This document shows positions 8,581 to 18,875 of a stretch of DNA of 61,210 nucleotides, one piece after another. The stretch spans positions 1 through 61,210 of IMG/VR virus record IMGVR_UViG_3300037247_000367. One strand, written 5' to 3'. The position numbers and the translations under genes were made by a program. Within the stretch, counting starts at the first letter, position 1; each line of letters starts with the position of its first letter. This stretch comes from a virus. Its lineage: Duplodnaviria; Caudoviricetes. The notes beneath the pieces were generated by a model that was not told where the DNA came from, did not search any database, and saw only the letters and a program-made list of their open reading frames with translations.

Positions 8581-8792
8581 ATAATTAATCTCAATTATGG
8601 AAAAATCAATAGAAGAAAAGAAATGGATGCCTAAGATTGGTGGTAAATATTGGACAGTGCATAGAAACCACGTTGGTTATTCAGGTGTAAAAAAAGAAAT
8701 TTGGGAAGGCAATGAAATTGATATTTGTCTATATAAAAAAGGAGAGGTTTTTAAAACCAAGCCCCAAAGGCAATAACTGATAACAAAATAGA

Positions 8793-9011
8793 ATGGCTAT
8801 GAAACCAAAACAGAAAGCGGAATATAGAATTGTAAAATATTATGTCGGATTTTTTACTCATTGGGCATATCGTTTAGAAAAGCGAATATATTGGTGGTTT
8901 TTTGGAAAACGGACAGGATGGGAAGATATTGCAGGTAATTCTAACACAACAGCAGTTCCAGACGATTGGAGAGAGTTGAATATAATAGAAGAAATTACAG
9001 AAGAAATTTAA
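8793..9011 (+). CDS. Hypothetical protein
   Basis: ORF track; lies within the operon. Confidence 0.5.
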   Translation: MAMKPKQKAEYRIVKYYVGFFTHWAYRLEKRIYWWFFGKRTGWEDIAGNSNTTAVPDDWRELNIIEEITEEI

Positions 9012-9231
9012 TTTTAGCAAGCCGTCAAACACGAAATAAAACAGCTATGAAAAAGATTTGTAAAAACTGTATGGATTACAACACTAAAAAAGAGGAATGT
9101 ACTATAAGGTACATAATATTAAAAGACAAAACTAAAATACCAATGAAGCGAAACCCTTATCAAAAGGGCTGTTCTGTGTTTTTACTAAATGGAAATAAAA
9201 CAGGTTAAATGAATAATACTATCTTTGCAAC

Positions 9232-9429
9232 ATGAGCAAAAAACAATTTCAACAGATAATGCAGGAACTCGCTGAAATAAAGCAGCGATTAACTATACTT
9301 GAAAACAATTCACCAATAGGGAGTTTTGCATTCAGTTCGGATACACCAATAGTGCTTTGTGCCAAGTGCCAAGGTTTTCCATGTATTTGCAATACACCCA
9401 TTCCCGGTACATTCGATGTGCCGGTTTAA
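9232..9429 (+). CDS. Small protein with C-terminal CxxCxxxxCxC motif, probably leaderless
   Basis: TATCTTTG (9220-9227), 4 nt, then ATG. Confidence 0.6.
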   Translation: MSKKQFQQIMQELAEIKQRLTILENNSPIGSFAFSSDTPIVLCAKCQGFPCICNTPIPGTFDVPV

Positions 9430-9451
9430 TAAATAATGCTATATTTATAGG

Positions 9452-9634
9452 ATGAAAAAAATAGAATTGGAAGTTATGATTATTATTGACAGTTTGACCA
9501 AAGCCAAAGAATGGCAAATAACAGATAGGATAAGTGGCAAGCGAGCAATAGGGGCAAATTACGATGAAACCGCTAAATCTTTTGGATTGCCAAAAAAACT
9601 TGCTAAATCTGTTTGGGATAATATTACATCATAA
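9452..9634 (+). CDS. Hypothetical protein, probably leaderless
   Basis: TATATTTA (9440-9447), 4 nt, then ATG. Confidence 0.5.
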   Translation: MKKIELEVMIIIDSLTKAKEWQITDRISGKRAIGANYDETAKSFGLPKKLAKSVWDNITS

Positions 9635-9677
9635 ATAATTTCTGCAACAAAGCCCTCTAAAAGGCGTAAACAACGAT

Positions 9678-10154
9678 ATGATAACTTTTGATAAAATAAT
9701 TCAAAACGAAGAGAATAAGAAAGCATTACAATTATATGGTGAATTAGTAATTAAGTCGTTTGCATTTAAAGTACAAGGCAATTTATTTGAATCTTGTAAA
9801 TATGGAATTGAAGCTGCATTATTAAATAGAGATTTTAAATTTGATGAATGGTTAGAAAACGAAACAAAACATTGCCACACAAATATAAACCCTAACAATC
9901 ATTTGTATTTTATACAAGCCGAAAACGGTGCAATTAAAATAGGTATTTCAAAAAAAGTTAAGAAACGGTTAAGGGATTTACAAACCGCTTCACCGCTTAA
10001 ATTAAAAATAATCAAAATAATGAAAGGTAAAGCGCATTTGGAAGGCGAATTGCATAAACAATTCCATGATTATAATATTCATGGGGAGTGGTTTAATCCG
10101 GCACAGGAGTTATTATATTATATCAATAGAAATAGTGATGAAAAAGTTAACTGA
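9678..10154 (+). CDS. GIY-YIG superfamily T5orf172/MUG113-like protein
   Basis: LYFIQ...IKIGIS....RLRDLQT, E..LH..F....HGEWF. Confidence 0.88.
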   Translation: MITFDKIIQNEENKKALQLYGELVIKSFAFKVQGNLFESCKYGIEAALLNRDFKFDEWLENETKHCHTNINPNNHLYFIQAENGAIKIGISKKVKKRLRDLQTASPLKLKIIKIMKGKAHLEGELHKQFHDYNIHGEWFNPAQELLYYINRNSDEKVN

Positions 10155-10575
10155 AAGTTGCAAAAACATAACATGGGAAGTAAATCAAGCGATTATACAA
10201 GATGCGTATATTAAATTAATTATGTCTTTAAAGCGTTGCCCTACTTTAAAGCAAGTATCAGATGAAGTAAAATTGTCAATCACCACATTAAAAAAGCATG
10301 TTGATAAATTAGAATTCAAACCATTAAAAAACCCATTGCGTTCATTAACTCCCGATGTGCTTGTTTCTATATATAATTCAGCACTTAAAGGTAGTTCTGC
10401 AAGTCAAAAATTATGGATGCAAATCATGGAAGGATGGGCAGAACGTCAAGAATTAACAGGCAAAGACGGAGAAAATTTAATGCCTGATTATTCAGCACTT
10501 TCACAAAAGGAAAAAATACAACTGCACATACTGCTCAATAAGTCATCATTAAATGGACAAGAAGCTCGGTCTTGA
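10138..10575 (+). CDS. terS: Terminase small subunit (start 10138 preferred to 10066)
   Basis: N-terminal HTH, C-terminal W.ERQELTGKDG motif, overlaps terL. Confidence 0.7.
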   Translation: MKKLTESCKNITWEVNQAIIQDAYIKLIMSLKRCPTLKQVSDEVKLSITTLKKHVDKLEFKPLKNPLRSLTPDVLVSIYNSALKGSSASQKLWMQIMEGWAERQELTGKDGENLMPDYSALSQKEKIQLHILLNKSSLNGQEARS

Positions 10576-11941
10576 GGTTTCGTTATTCAAAGACGGCTAT
10601 TACAAGTTCATAACCGACATAGACGGCAATACCTTTCCAAAGCAAGAACAAGCATTAGACATACTCACAGACACGACAAACACTGAATTAACCTATGGTG
10701 GAGCAGCGGGTGGCAGTAAGACATGGACAGGGTGCGTATGGGAGTTGTTTTCATGTTTGGCTTATCCGGGTGTCAAGTATTTTATAGGCAGAGAGGAGCT
10801 GAAAAGGTTAAGAGAATCTACGTTATTAACATTCTTCAAGGTCTGCAAAAGGCATACCGTACAAAGAGACAGGCATTTTATTTACAACGGGCAAGACCAT
10901 TACATTGAATTCTACAATGGCTCACGGATTGATTTATTAGACCTTAAATTTCTACCCTCTGATCCTCTCTATGAAAGATATGGGTCTTCCGAATACACAG
11001 GTGGCTGGTTAGAGGAAGCAGGCGAGGTTCATTTTGGCGCATACGATACCTTAAAAAGCAGGGTAGGCAGGCATTTAAACGATCAATATGGACTGTTGAG
11101 GAAGCTGCTAAAAACCTGTAATCCTAAAAAGAACTGGTTGTATCACAACGAATACAAGCCGTTTAAAGATGGTACGCTGCCGGTAGATAAGAAGTTCATA
11201 CAAGCGTTCGTACAGGACAACCCATACAATGAAAGCGGCTATATTGATGCGCTGTTAAGCATTAAAGACAAATCGAAAAAGGAGAGATTACTTTATGGTA
11301 ATTGGGAGTATGATGATGACCCTGCCAAGTTGATGGAGTATGAGAACATCACAAATTTGTTTACCAACGATTTTGTGCAAGAAGGAGATACTTATATAAG
11401 CGGAGACATAGCCCGTTTTGGTAGTAACCTAAGCGTTTTTATGGCATGGAAGGGTTATAGGGTTGTTGAGATACAAAGCTACGAGAGAACAAGCATAACG
11501 GATAGCGCAGATAAGATAACGGAAATGGCAAATAAATATGGCGTACCACGTTCAAGGATAGTAGTAGATGAGGATGGACTGGGTGGAGGAGTGGTGGATA
11601 TATTAAAGTGCAAGGGCTTTGTGGCAAATGCAGCACCCATAGAAATCAAGGGCAAGAAAGAAAATTACAATAATTTAAAGTCCCAATGTTATTTCAGGTT
11701 AGCTGGCATGGTTAATAGAAATGAGATGTACATTGATTGCAGCGATACGGACGTTGTCAACAAGATTATAGAAGAACTGGAAGTTGTCAAACAAAAGGAC
11801 ATAGACAAGGACAATAAGATGGCAGTCATACCAAAGGACAAGGTCAAGGAACTGATAGGAAGGTCGCCTGATTTTAGCGATTGTTTAATGATGCGCTGTT
11901 TTTTGGATTTAAAAAAGACAGGAATCCTCGCCACTATTTAA
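10553..11941 (+). CDS. terL: Terminase large subunit
   Basis: Walker A YGGAAGGSKT, Walker B LEEAGE, TCNP coupling motif, nuclease GDIARFG ... SPDFSD. Confidence 0.95.
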   Translation: MDKKLGLEVSLFKDGYYKFITDIDGNTFPKQEQALDILTDTTNTELTYGGAAGGSKTWTGCVWELFSCLAYPGVKYFIGREELKRLRESTLLTFFKVCKRHTVQRDRHFIYNGQDHYIEFYNGSRIDLLDLKFLPSDPLYERYGSSEYTGGWLEEAGEVHFGAYDTLKSRVGRHLNDQYGLLRKLLKTCNPKKNWLYHNEYKPFKDGTLPVDKKFIQAFVQDNPYNESGYIDALLSIKDKSKKERLLYGNWEYDDDPAKLMEYENITNLFTNDFVQEGDTYISGDIARFGSNLSVFMAWKGYRVVEIQSYERTSITDSADKITEMANKYGVPRSRIVVDEDGLGGGVVDILKCKGFVANAAPIEIKGKKENYNNLKSQCYFRLAGMVNRNEMYIDCSDTDVVNKIIEELEVVKQKDIDKDNKMAVIPKDKVKELIGRSPDFSDCLMMRCFLDLKKTGILATI

Positions 11942-11957
11942 GGATTTAACAATTTAT

Positions 11958-12011
11958 TGTTAATAAGTTTACTAAAAACATCTTGCAAACCACGATTAAA
12001 TATTAACTTTG
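11958..12011 (+). promoter_or_regulatory. Bacteroidota-type promoter (TTG 11983, TAACTTTG 12004) preceded by TGTTAATAA
   Basis: Motif match in the gap after terL. Confidence 0.65.
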
Positions 12012-12054
12012 CCGTGTTCAAAAATGTTAAAAACAGCCGACTACATAAAAGGAA

Positions 12055-12246
12055 ATGGATTTATCGGTACTTAAAGATTTGCGCAGAGCGAAGAAGATAA
12101 AGCTGTATGAACTTGCTAAAAAGGTAGGTGTTTCATCGGCTCTTTTATCGAAGATTGAAAACAACAAGGGAATGAAAAGCATGGATTTGCTTGAAAAAGT
12201 CTGCAAAGAATTAGATTGTGAATTAAGAATAATCCCAAAGGCATAA
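12055..12246 (+). CDS. XRE-family HTH regulator
   Basis: LR....I...ELAKKVGVS...LSKIEN. Confidence 0.9.
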   Translation: MDLSVLKDLRRAKKIKLYELAKKVGVSSALLSKIENNKGMKSMDLLEKVCKELDCELRIIPKA

Positions 12247-12251
12247 GTTTA

Positions 12252-12545
12252 ATGACAACAGCAATTCAGAAATATAACCCAAATTATGCAAGAGTCATGT
12301 TTGTCATAGAAAAGGCGGGTAAAATCTTGGAAGTACTTGAATTTATAAATAGATGTACAAAACGATTAAAAAGAGTTGACAGTTATCAGTGTAAAAAGAA
12401 GAAGAAAAAAGCCCAACAATTTAGATTATCATTTCTATTAGGGTTTTTAATTGCGGGGGCATGGAGCGAAATTAACATAATCAGAACTCAACCACTCCAA
12501 CCAATGCCTGTTTTTGCTAAAGGCGGAATAATATTTAAAGCATGA
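12252..12545 (+). CDS. Small protein ending in a tape-measure-like FAKGG motif
   Basis: AWSEINIIRTQPLQPMPVFAKGG resembles TMP AAEVAVIKSESLAKGG. Confidence 0.55.
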   Translation: MTTAIQKYNPNYARVMFVIEKAGKILEVLEFINRCTKRLKRVDSYQCKKKKKKAQQFRLSFLLGFLIAGAWSEINIIRTQPLQPMPVFAKGGIIFKA

Positions 12546-12718
12546 AAACGACAACACTTAATCATATAAAAGCGTTTTATCATAATTACGCTTTACCAAA
12601 AAAGAAATTTCAAAGGGGTGGATTTGCAGCATATCTAAAAGAATACATAGAACAAAACGCTTACGTATTTAGCGGGTTAAAAGTAAAATCAAAAAATAAA
12701 ACTTATTTTTATAAATAA
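12542..12718 (+). CDS. 58-aa hypothetical protein with PKKKFQRGG (not in ORF track)
   Basis: ATGA overlap with the upstream stop; ends 1 nt before the next ATG. Confidence 0.5.
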   Translation: MKTTTLNHIKAFYHNYALPKKKFQRGGFAAYLKEYIEQNAYVFSGLKVKSKNKTYFYK

Positions 12719-12719
12719 T

Positions 12720-13049
12720 ATGGAAGCAAACGAATTGAGGATTAATAATTATATTTTAACCGAAAGGGGTGTTACTATAATAATTGGAATTAATCCTTAC
12801 AAAACAGGCAACTACAAACCAATCCCTTTAACCGAACAATGGCTAAAGGATTTTGGGTTTGAGCAAAACATTCCAGCAGCAAGCAGAGAATATATATTTA
12901 AGGATTGTAAACTCATAAATCATTATAAGAATGGCTTTTTATTTATTATGGATATTTGGGATAGGGGTAAAATGATAAATTACGTTCATACTTTACAAAA
13001 CCTATATTTCGCATTAACTGGAAAGGAACTATTAATATGCAAGCAATAG
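12720..13049 (+). CDS. Conserved Bacteroidota phage protein (YopX-like)
   Basis: ELRINN, PIPLTE.WL..FGF, YVH.LQNLYFALTGKEL. Confidence 0.7.
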   Translation: MEANELRINNYILTERGVTIIIGINPYKTGNYKPIPLTEQWLKDFGFEQNIPAASREYIFKDCKLINHYKNGFLFIMDIWDRGKMINYVHTLQNLYFALTGKELLICKQ

Positions 13050-13175
13050 ATTCTTGCCCAGGATGAGCCATAAATATTATTATCATGCTGAATGTTTTAA
13101 TCATGTTGTAGAGTATGTCGCAACGCTTATGGGCAGCGGTGAAATACCCCTTGCAAACTTCAAAAAGAAATTAAA

Positions 13176-13373
13176 ATGAAAAGAGAGATTACAACAGAAG
13201 AATACCGCAAATTACTTGCTGGAAAGTTTGAGGCAGAGGCACAAAGGAATAAGTTGCTGAAATTAGCAGAGGAAATTAAAATCTTGAGTGATAACAATAA
13301 GGACTACACTATTAATATTATCTATAATGACAAAAACGAATTTGTAGATGTGTATGTAAATGAAAATGATTAA
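13176..13373 (+). CDS. Hypothetical protein
   Basis: Tightly packed ORF. Confidence 0.5.
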   Translation: MKREITTEEYRKLLAGKFEAEAQRNKLLKLAEEIKILSDNNKDYTINIIYNDKNEFVDVYVNEND

Positions 13374-13631
13374 ATGATAACGCTCTCAGGAATAAGAACA
13401 AGTAATGAAATCAAAGCAGTAAAGAACCATCCAAATATTTATGCAAAAGGATATGAAAAAGGGGTTACTATTTACGACAAAGGATTTCCGTACAAATACT
13501 TATGTAAGGTTATGGAAAACAGATGCCTTTTTGAAAACTGCATAACAAAAGGATATTCATATACTTGCGGACTTTACGAGGGCTACAAAGAATCAGAAGA
13601 AAACGACATTAAAACAATGGATATTAATTAA
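13374..13631 (+). CDS. Hypothetical protein
   Basis: Abuts both neighbours. Confidence 0.5.
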   Translation: MITLSGIRTSNEIKAVKNHPNIYAKGYEKGVTIYDKGFPYKYLCKVMENRCLFENCITKGYSYTCGLYEGYKESEENDIKTMDIN

Positions 13632-13982
13632 ATGACCAAGCCCCAAGCCATGAAACTGAAAACTAAATGTAAGGAATGCAATAACGAGGTAACTGTTTAC
13701 GAACAGGACATAAAAGAAGACAGGTATAAAGACAAGGGTGATATGCTTAAATTGCATACGTATGGTTATAAAATACGGGCTTGGTATCGTTGTGATTTAA
13801 GAAGAGAAGAAACGCAGCATCATAAATTATTGGCTTATGTTACAGGGAGGTATTTTGTTTGCTTATGTGGAGAAAAGAATTATCTTAACCCCTTAACAGC
13901 AGAACAAATAATTAAAAGATTCCCGACTGAATATGTAAAAGACATATCAGAAGATTGGCATATTGATCCTGATGATGAATAA
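13632..13982 (+). CDS. Putative zinc-ribbon protein
   Basis: CKEC ... CLCG. Confidence 0.55.
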   Translation: MTKPQAMKLKTKCKECNNEVTVYEQDIKEDRYKDKGDMLKLHTYGYKIRAWYRCDLRREETQHHKLLAYVTGRYFVCLCGEKNYLNPLTAEQIIKRFPTEYVKDISEDWHIDPDDE

Positions 13983-14202
13983 AAAAGAAGCTATACAAGA
14001 CGCTAAAAAGCGGATGGAAACGACCGGATTGGTTTGGATGGTTATCAAAATAAAATTGGGTATATTCAAACGTGATTATGACACGGTAAGCGAACATCAC
14101 GAAATCACGCATAAAGATTTATACAGAACAGGACATTTTAAAAAAGTGTATGTTTGCAAACCTGAAGCAGAAACAGAATTGAATTTAGAAACAGTTTATT
14201 AA
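13963..14202 (+). CDS. Hypothetical protein
   Basis: Coupled ORF. Confidence 0.5.
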   Translation: MILMMNKKEAIQDAKKRMETTGLVWMVIKIKLGIFKRDYDTVSEHHEITHKDLYRTGHFKKVYVCKPEAETELNLETVY

Positions 14203-14217
14203 TCAACCCTTATTAAA

Positions 14218-14697
14218 ATGACAAAGACAGAACAAGACGCCAAAGACCTCAAAGCTCTACAAAAGCAGAACTATGAGGAAATGCTCAAAATGATAGAGCA
14301 AATCAAAAATCCTGACGAAAAGGATGTCAATTATTTGCAAGGAGTGATGAAGGGCAAGAAATACAACCGGAAAAATCGTACTGAGCTTACAGCAAAATTG
14401 GTTGAAATGGAAGCAGCCCTAAAGCCAAAAAGTGCAGTTACCTTTGTGAAAACCCAAACAGCCAAAGAAAAGGCAGCATCCGGTGTAGTGGATAAGGCAA
14501 AGGATTTGGCAAAAGGGAAAGCTCCTGATTTGATGTCGGACAGAGCGGTCATGTTCAAGGATATGAGAGAAAAGCTGCTTGCATTGGCTGAAGAAAGTAC
14601 GGAGTATGCACGAAAGCAATCTGGCGGAGCATCCTTGCGATTGAATAACGTAGCAACCAATCTTACGAGGTTAGCTAAAAAAACACTAAGGGAGTAA
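14218..14697 (+). CDS. Basic helical hypothetical protein
   Basis: K/A-rich ORF with A-rich leader. Confidence 0.65.
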   Translation: MTKTEQDAKDLKALQKQNYEEMLKMIEQIKNPDEKDVNYLQGVMKGKKYNRKNRTELTAKLVEMEAALKPKSAVTFVKTQTAKEKAASGVVDKAKDLAKGKAPDLMSDRAVMFKDMREKLLALAEESTEYARKQSGGASLRLNNVATNLTRLAKKTLRE

Positions 14698-14708
14698 AAC
14701 AAAAAACA

Positions 14709-14909
14709 ATGACAAAAGGAACAGTAAAATTCTTCAATGATACCAAAGGATTTGGCTTCATCACAAAGGAAGATGGAAAAGATATTTTCGTACACGCAAC
14801 GGGATTACTTGAACCTATTGAGAAGGACGATGAAGTAGAATTTGAAATAGGTAAGCAAAAAGACGGCAGGAGCATAGCGGAAAATGTAAGCGTATTACAG
14901 TATGGTTAA
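14709..14909 (+). CDS. csp: Cold-shock domain protein
   Basis: [14 protein letters not shown] (RNP1) and DIFVH (RNP2). Confidence 0.95.
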   Translation: MTKGTVKFFNDTKGFGFITKEDGKDIFVHATGLLEPIEKDDEVEFEIGKQKDGRSIAENVSVLQYG

Positions 14910-15633
14910 AATAGACATCAGCGGAAAGGAATACAACCTACCTAATGACTGGCAGGATATTACTATGGGGCAGATGCTTGACTCCCAAAAGCTGCTCAAA
15001 GAGATGCCTGACAAGATGCGCCAGCTTACCTTCCCTGACAAAAAGAAAGCAACTCCTAAGATCACAGAGAATGATGAAATAGAGTTTTGGGAGTTCTACC
15101 GCAAATGGCTTGTATTTTGGACTGATATACCCGACAGCACATCTAAGAAAATCCAAATGGATGGATTGAAATTAGCTTACGAGGTATTACAGGTATTCAT
15201 GTTCACGCCTGCCGATATAATTCACAAAGAGAAAATCAACTTCAAAGGCGTTACATACATCTTGCCCCCCACAGAAGAATTGACAAGCGGACATACGAAG
15301 TACATGGCTGATTCTACATACGAGGAATTCGTAGAGGGGATGCAAATAACAACGATGCTTAACAAGTTAAAGAACAAAGATTTAAGCGCATTGCCGTTGC
15401 TTACAGCTACGTTTTACAGAGAACAGGTACGATGTAATAAATTCTATCAAAAGAAGCGCAAAAAGATTATTGAGTATGATGAGGAAGGCACTAAGAAAAG
15501 GGCAAAGCTATTTATGGACTTGCCGATGAGCGATGTTTGGGGAGCGTATTTTTTTTTAATCTTGCATCTCAAAAAATCGTTGAGTGGTTTGCAGACCTCT
15601 TTACCGGATCAGCTTCAGGAAATGCTCAACTGA
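14902..15633 (+). CDS. Tail assembly chaperone (gpG-like)
   Basis: LP.DW.DIT..Q N-terminus; GAYFF over a T9 run with a downstream -1 frame ORF. Confidence 0.65.
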   Translation: MVKIDISGKEYNLPNDWQDITMGQMLDSQKLLKEMPDKMRQLTFPDKKKATPKITENDEIEFWEFYRKWLVFWTDIPDSTSKKIQMDGLKLAYEVLQVFMFTPADIIHKEKINFKGVTYILPPTEELTSGHTKYMADSTYEEFVEGMQITTMLNKLKNKDLSALPLLTATFYREQVRCNKFYQKKRKKIIEYDEEGTKKRAKLFMDLPMSDVWGAYFFLILHLKKSLSGLQTSLPDQLQEMLN

Positions 15634-15800
15634 AGCGGTTTAGCTGGTATTCGCTGACTAAGAACATAGCTAAAACGGGGGTATTTAACGGAAAGTATCA
15701 GGGCATCAGGGCAGTCGAAAAGGCAAATGTTTATGATGTGTTAAGGTATGCGATGGTAGAGAAGTTAGAGCAGGAAGAAATTAACAAAAAAGTCAAATGA
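15549..15800 (+). CDS. -1 frameshift extension of the tail chaperone (gpGT-like)
   Basis: T TTT TTT slippery site at 15549-15557; -1 frame open to 15800 (RFSWYSL...VYDVL) with no good start of its own. Confidence 0.65.
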   Translation, partial: FFFNLASQKIVEWFADLFTGSASGNAQLKRFSWYSLTKNIAKTGVFNGKYQGIRAVEKANVYDVLRYAMVEKLEQEEINKKVK

Positions 15801-15972
15801 AAAACAATAAATTAATAGCATTACTACCCTTTCTTTTTCTAAGTGCGGCAACAGAAACTAACCGCAGCCCAGCACCAATGTTTAGAAGTGCTCGTTCAGC
15901 ACATGGCAGTCCTATATTCATTCCAAAACACACAAAATTAAAAGGTTGGCAGAAGGAACTTAAAAGAAAAAA

Positions 15973-16488
15973 ATGACAGAAATTTGGAAAGATATATCGG
16001 GATATGAAGGATTGTATCAAGTCAGTAATTTGGGCAGGATAAAATCTTTGAATAGAATAAACTTAGCAGAAAGGAAATTAAAAGGTAGGATAAGAAAAGT
16101 ATTTGATATTGGTGATGGCTATATACAGGTTGTTTTAAGAAAAAATAATAAACCAAAACACTTAATGGTACACAGGTTGGTTGGTATAGCTTTTATTAAA
16201 AACCCCCAAAACAAACCTCAAATAAATCATATAGATAGCAATAAGAGTAACAATATAGCCCTTAATCTTGAATGGTGTACTGCATCTGAAAATCAAATAC
16301 ATGCTATAATAAATGGTAAAGTACAATTAGGAGAGGATAGGCAGAACGCAACAATATCAAATGAACAAGCAAGATATATAAGAACATTAAATAAAAACGG
16401 GTTAAATTGTGTAGAAATAGGAAAGAAACTAAATAAAACAAGATTTTTTATTTGGGACGTTCTTAATAGAACTTATAAGTATGCTTAA
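15973..16488 (+). CDS. NUMOD4-HNH homing endonuclease
   Basis: EIWKDI.GYEGLYQVSNLGRIKS; VHRLV..AF...INHID.NK.NN...NLEW. Confidence 0.93.
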   Translation: MTEIWKDISGYEGLYQVSNLGRIKSLNRINLAERKLKGRIRKVFDIGDGYIQVVLRKNNKPKHLMVHRLVGIAFIKNPQNKPQINHIDSNKSNNIALNLEWCTASENQIHAIINGKVQLGEDRQNATISNEQARYIRTLNKNGLNCVEIGKKLNKTRFFIWDVLNRTYKYA

Positions 16489-17224
16489 TATTCCAAAATT
16501 GTTGGTTGCTGCTCCAACTTCAAACTTGAAGGATTATTGTTTTAAAGAATATGCTGACCAGCTAAGGGGCTTTACCTATCCTAATTACGACACTTATCTT
16601 GTAGATAATTCAGAGGACGATAAATACATCGAAACGATTTGGGCGGAAGGCATTGATGCTGACCATGTAACACCGGGCGGATCACCTATTGAGTATATTA
16701 CATTGTGCCAAAACATCATAAGAAACAAGATGTTAGAAGGCGGTTATGCTTGGCTGTTAATGTTAGAATCAGATAACTTTGTACCGAGTAACATATTGGA
16801 ATACCTAATGGGCTATGGCAACGAAGTACATACGTTCCCTTACTTTATAATGAACGGAGCAGATACAACGCTATGTATGCAAGGAACGCCCTCTAAGCTG
16901 GGTTATAAGCTGGGCAGTAAACTCCCACCTGAAAGCTCCTTTGAGATGTTTCAGGGTAAGGTAGATTTGATAGAAAACTACACGATAGGCAATGATTATG
17001 AGTTATATGCTTCGGGTACAGGGTGTACTTTTATTCACCGTACTGTATTGGAAAAGATTGAGTTTAGAATAGACAAGCAAAAGCACAGGGCAGCATTCAG
17101 TGATACTTATTTTTACATTGATTTAAAGCGCAATGGCATACCGATAATCATGGACACGACTTTAATCCCAATTCACAAACGCAGCAACGCATGGGCAACT
17201 GACATAACAGCATTTGACAAATGA
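16481..17224 (+). CDS. GT-A (GT2-like) glycosyltransferase
   Basis: LVDNS, LMLESD (DxD-like), GTGCTFIHR.VLEKI, SD..F. Confidence 0.8.
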   Translation: MLNIPKLLVAAPTSNLKDYCFKEYADQLRGFTYPNYDTYLVDNSEDDKYIETIWAEGIDADHVTPGGSPIEYITLCQNIIRNKMLEGGYAWLLMLESDNFVPSNILEYLMGYGNEVHTFPYFIMNGADTTLCMQGTPSKLGYKLGSKLPPESSFEMFQGKVDLIENYTIGNDYELYASGTGCTFIHRTVLEKIEFRIDKQKHRAAFSDTYFYIDLKRNGIPIIMDTTLIPIHKRSNAWATDITAFDK

Positions 17225-17303
17225 CAGATATGATTATTGCGACATTGTTTATATTAGCAATCATTGTATTGGTTGAAGTTCTTATAAATAAATACACAAA
17301 GAA

Positions 17304-17774
17304 ATGAGCGAACAAGCCGAAACCAAAGAGGTTAAAAAGAAGAAGCCGCCATTTAAAAAAGACATTGAATGGTTATCAGATACTATTAACATAGCTAGTA
17401 TGTATGAAATAAGAGGCTTGCAAGGGCTGTTTATGCCAAAGACAGAGACGAATAAATCAGGTTTAGTACGAATGCAACCGCTTTCTTTAGGCGATGCCTA
17501 TACGGTAAATGAGAAAACCCTTGATCCATTAGCTACAAAAGTCATTTATAAAAGCAACGGAAAAGCAATTATTTTAGCAGAGGCATTGGATAATCTACAA
17601 AAGCAATTCGATAACAAGCCAACCGGAGAGCTTGATGATGGCACAATAGATATTCTTAAAGGAGCTATTTGTCCGGGTTACCATCCATTGAAATTTAAAA
17701 GACATCATGCAAAAAAAATAATAAGCTGGTATAATGAAATAATAACAGTGATTAAAAAAACAAACGATGAATGA
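17304..17774 (+). CDS. DUF5606-like Bacteroidota protein
   Basis: I.G..GLF, IY....LAE, P.Y......KKIISWYN pattern. Confidence 0.6.
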   Translation: MSEQAETKEVKKKKPPFKKDIEWLSDTINIASMYEIRGLQGLFMPKTETNKSGLVRMQPLSLGDAYTVNEKTLDPLATKVIYKSNGKAIILAEALDNLQKQFDNKPTGELDDGTIDILKGAICPGYHPLKFKRHHAKKIISWYNEIITVIKKTNDE

Positions 17775-18201
17775 ACAGATTGAAATTCAGAAGCAACTTG
17801 ATAGGTTAAGGGACAGGGTGAAGTTTTTAAGGGAATGGATAGGGCATTTAAACAGTAAACTAAATGTATCTAAAGATGTAATTGGCATAAACCAGCCATC
17901 AGAAAAGTTTGAAATAAAGGACAAAATCTTTCAACTCGAAAACGAAGTAGTGCATAAAGAGTATCTTATTGAAATGCGGGAAGGCGACCAGAAGATGTTT
18001 GAGCAGCAAAGGGAAGCCATAATAAAACAAGTTGATAGAGATATGGGCGGATTGATAAAACAATTACGTACAAAGATATTGCCGGATGTAAAGCAGACAC
18101 AGATAGCAGACGGAATTATTAAGCGCTTTTCTAAAAACAGCTATAAGAACATGGAGAATAAGATAGCTGATTTCAGCATGGCACAGCAATTATTGAAATG
18201 A
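17767..18201 (+). CDS. Coiled-coil hypothetical protein
   Basis: Heptad-rich ORF coupled to the upstream gene. Confidence 0.6.
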   Translation: MNEQIEIQKQLDRLRDRVKFLREWIGHLNSKLNVSKDVIGINQPSEKFEIKDKIFQLENEVVHKEYLIEMREGDQKMFEQQREAIIKQVDRDMGGLIKQLRTKILPDVKQTQIADGIIKRFSKNSYKNMENKIADFSMAQQLLK

Positions 18202-18298
18202 TAACAACAGGACAATATTTTAATTACAATTTCGGCAAGTTATTAGCTTTGTTGGTTTTAACAGCCAGCTTATTATATGCCATATTTTCTTAAAGCAA

Positions 18299-18853
18299 AT
18301 GATATATACATTCATACCATACTCCATTGAAAAGAACCTGTACGATGAGTACAATCGTTATATGAACCTATTGCCTAACGATGACGATTTCGCTTGTTTA
18401 TTAGACCACGACATAATGCTCACTACGTATGATTGGTATATTCAAATGACCGAGATAACAAAAAACCAACCCGAATGCGGGTGTTTTGTAGCCACAACAA
18501 ATAGGGTAGGCGGTGAACGGCAGATAGCAGACGTGAAGGTGGATGATGATATAAGATATAACCGGCAAGCAGGGGAGCGAATAAAACAAGAACATGGAAC
18601 GCAGGTAGAGGATTTTACTATCAACAAGCCGCATGACCTTTGCGGATTTCTCATACTGCTGAAAAAGGAAACATGGAAGAAGATAGGCGGTTTTGAGGCA
18701 TGGGATAAGGGTAACGGGTTGCTTGGCGTAGATTCAAAATTGCACAGAAAATTAATAGCAGTTAACGAGAAAGTGTATATAATGAAAGGCGTTTTTTTAT
18801 ATCACTGGTATCGTGGCGGATCAAATGATAAAAGCCATTTAATATTAAAATAG
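18299..18853 (+). CDS. GT-A glycosyltransferase
   Basis: YN.YM, LLDHD, GF.IL.KK.TW..IGGF, GVD, YHWYR. Confidence 0.8.
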   Translation: MIYTFIPYSIEKNLYDEYNRYMNLLPNDDDFACLLDHDIMLTTYDWYIQMTEITKNQPECGCFVATTNRVGGERQIADVKVDDDIRYNRQAGERIKQEHGTQVEDFTINKPHDLCGFLILLKKETWKKIGGFEAWDKGNGLLGVDSKLHRKLIAVNEKVYIMKGVFLYHWYRGGSNDKSHLILK

Positions 18854-18875
18854 TATATTTGCAGAAAAGTATATT

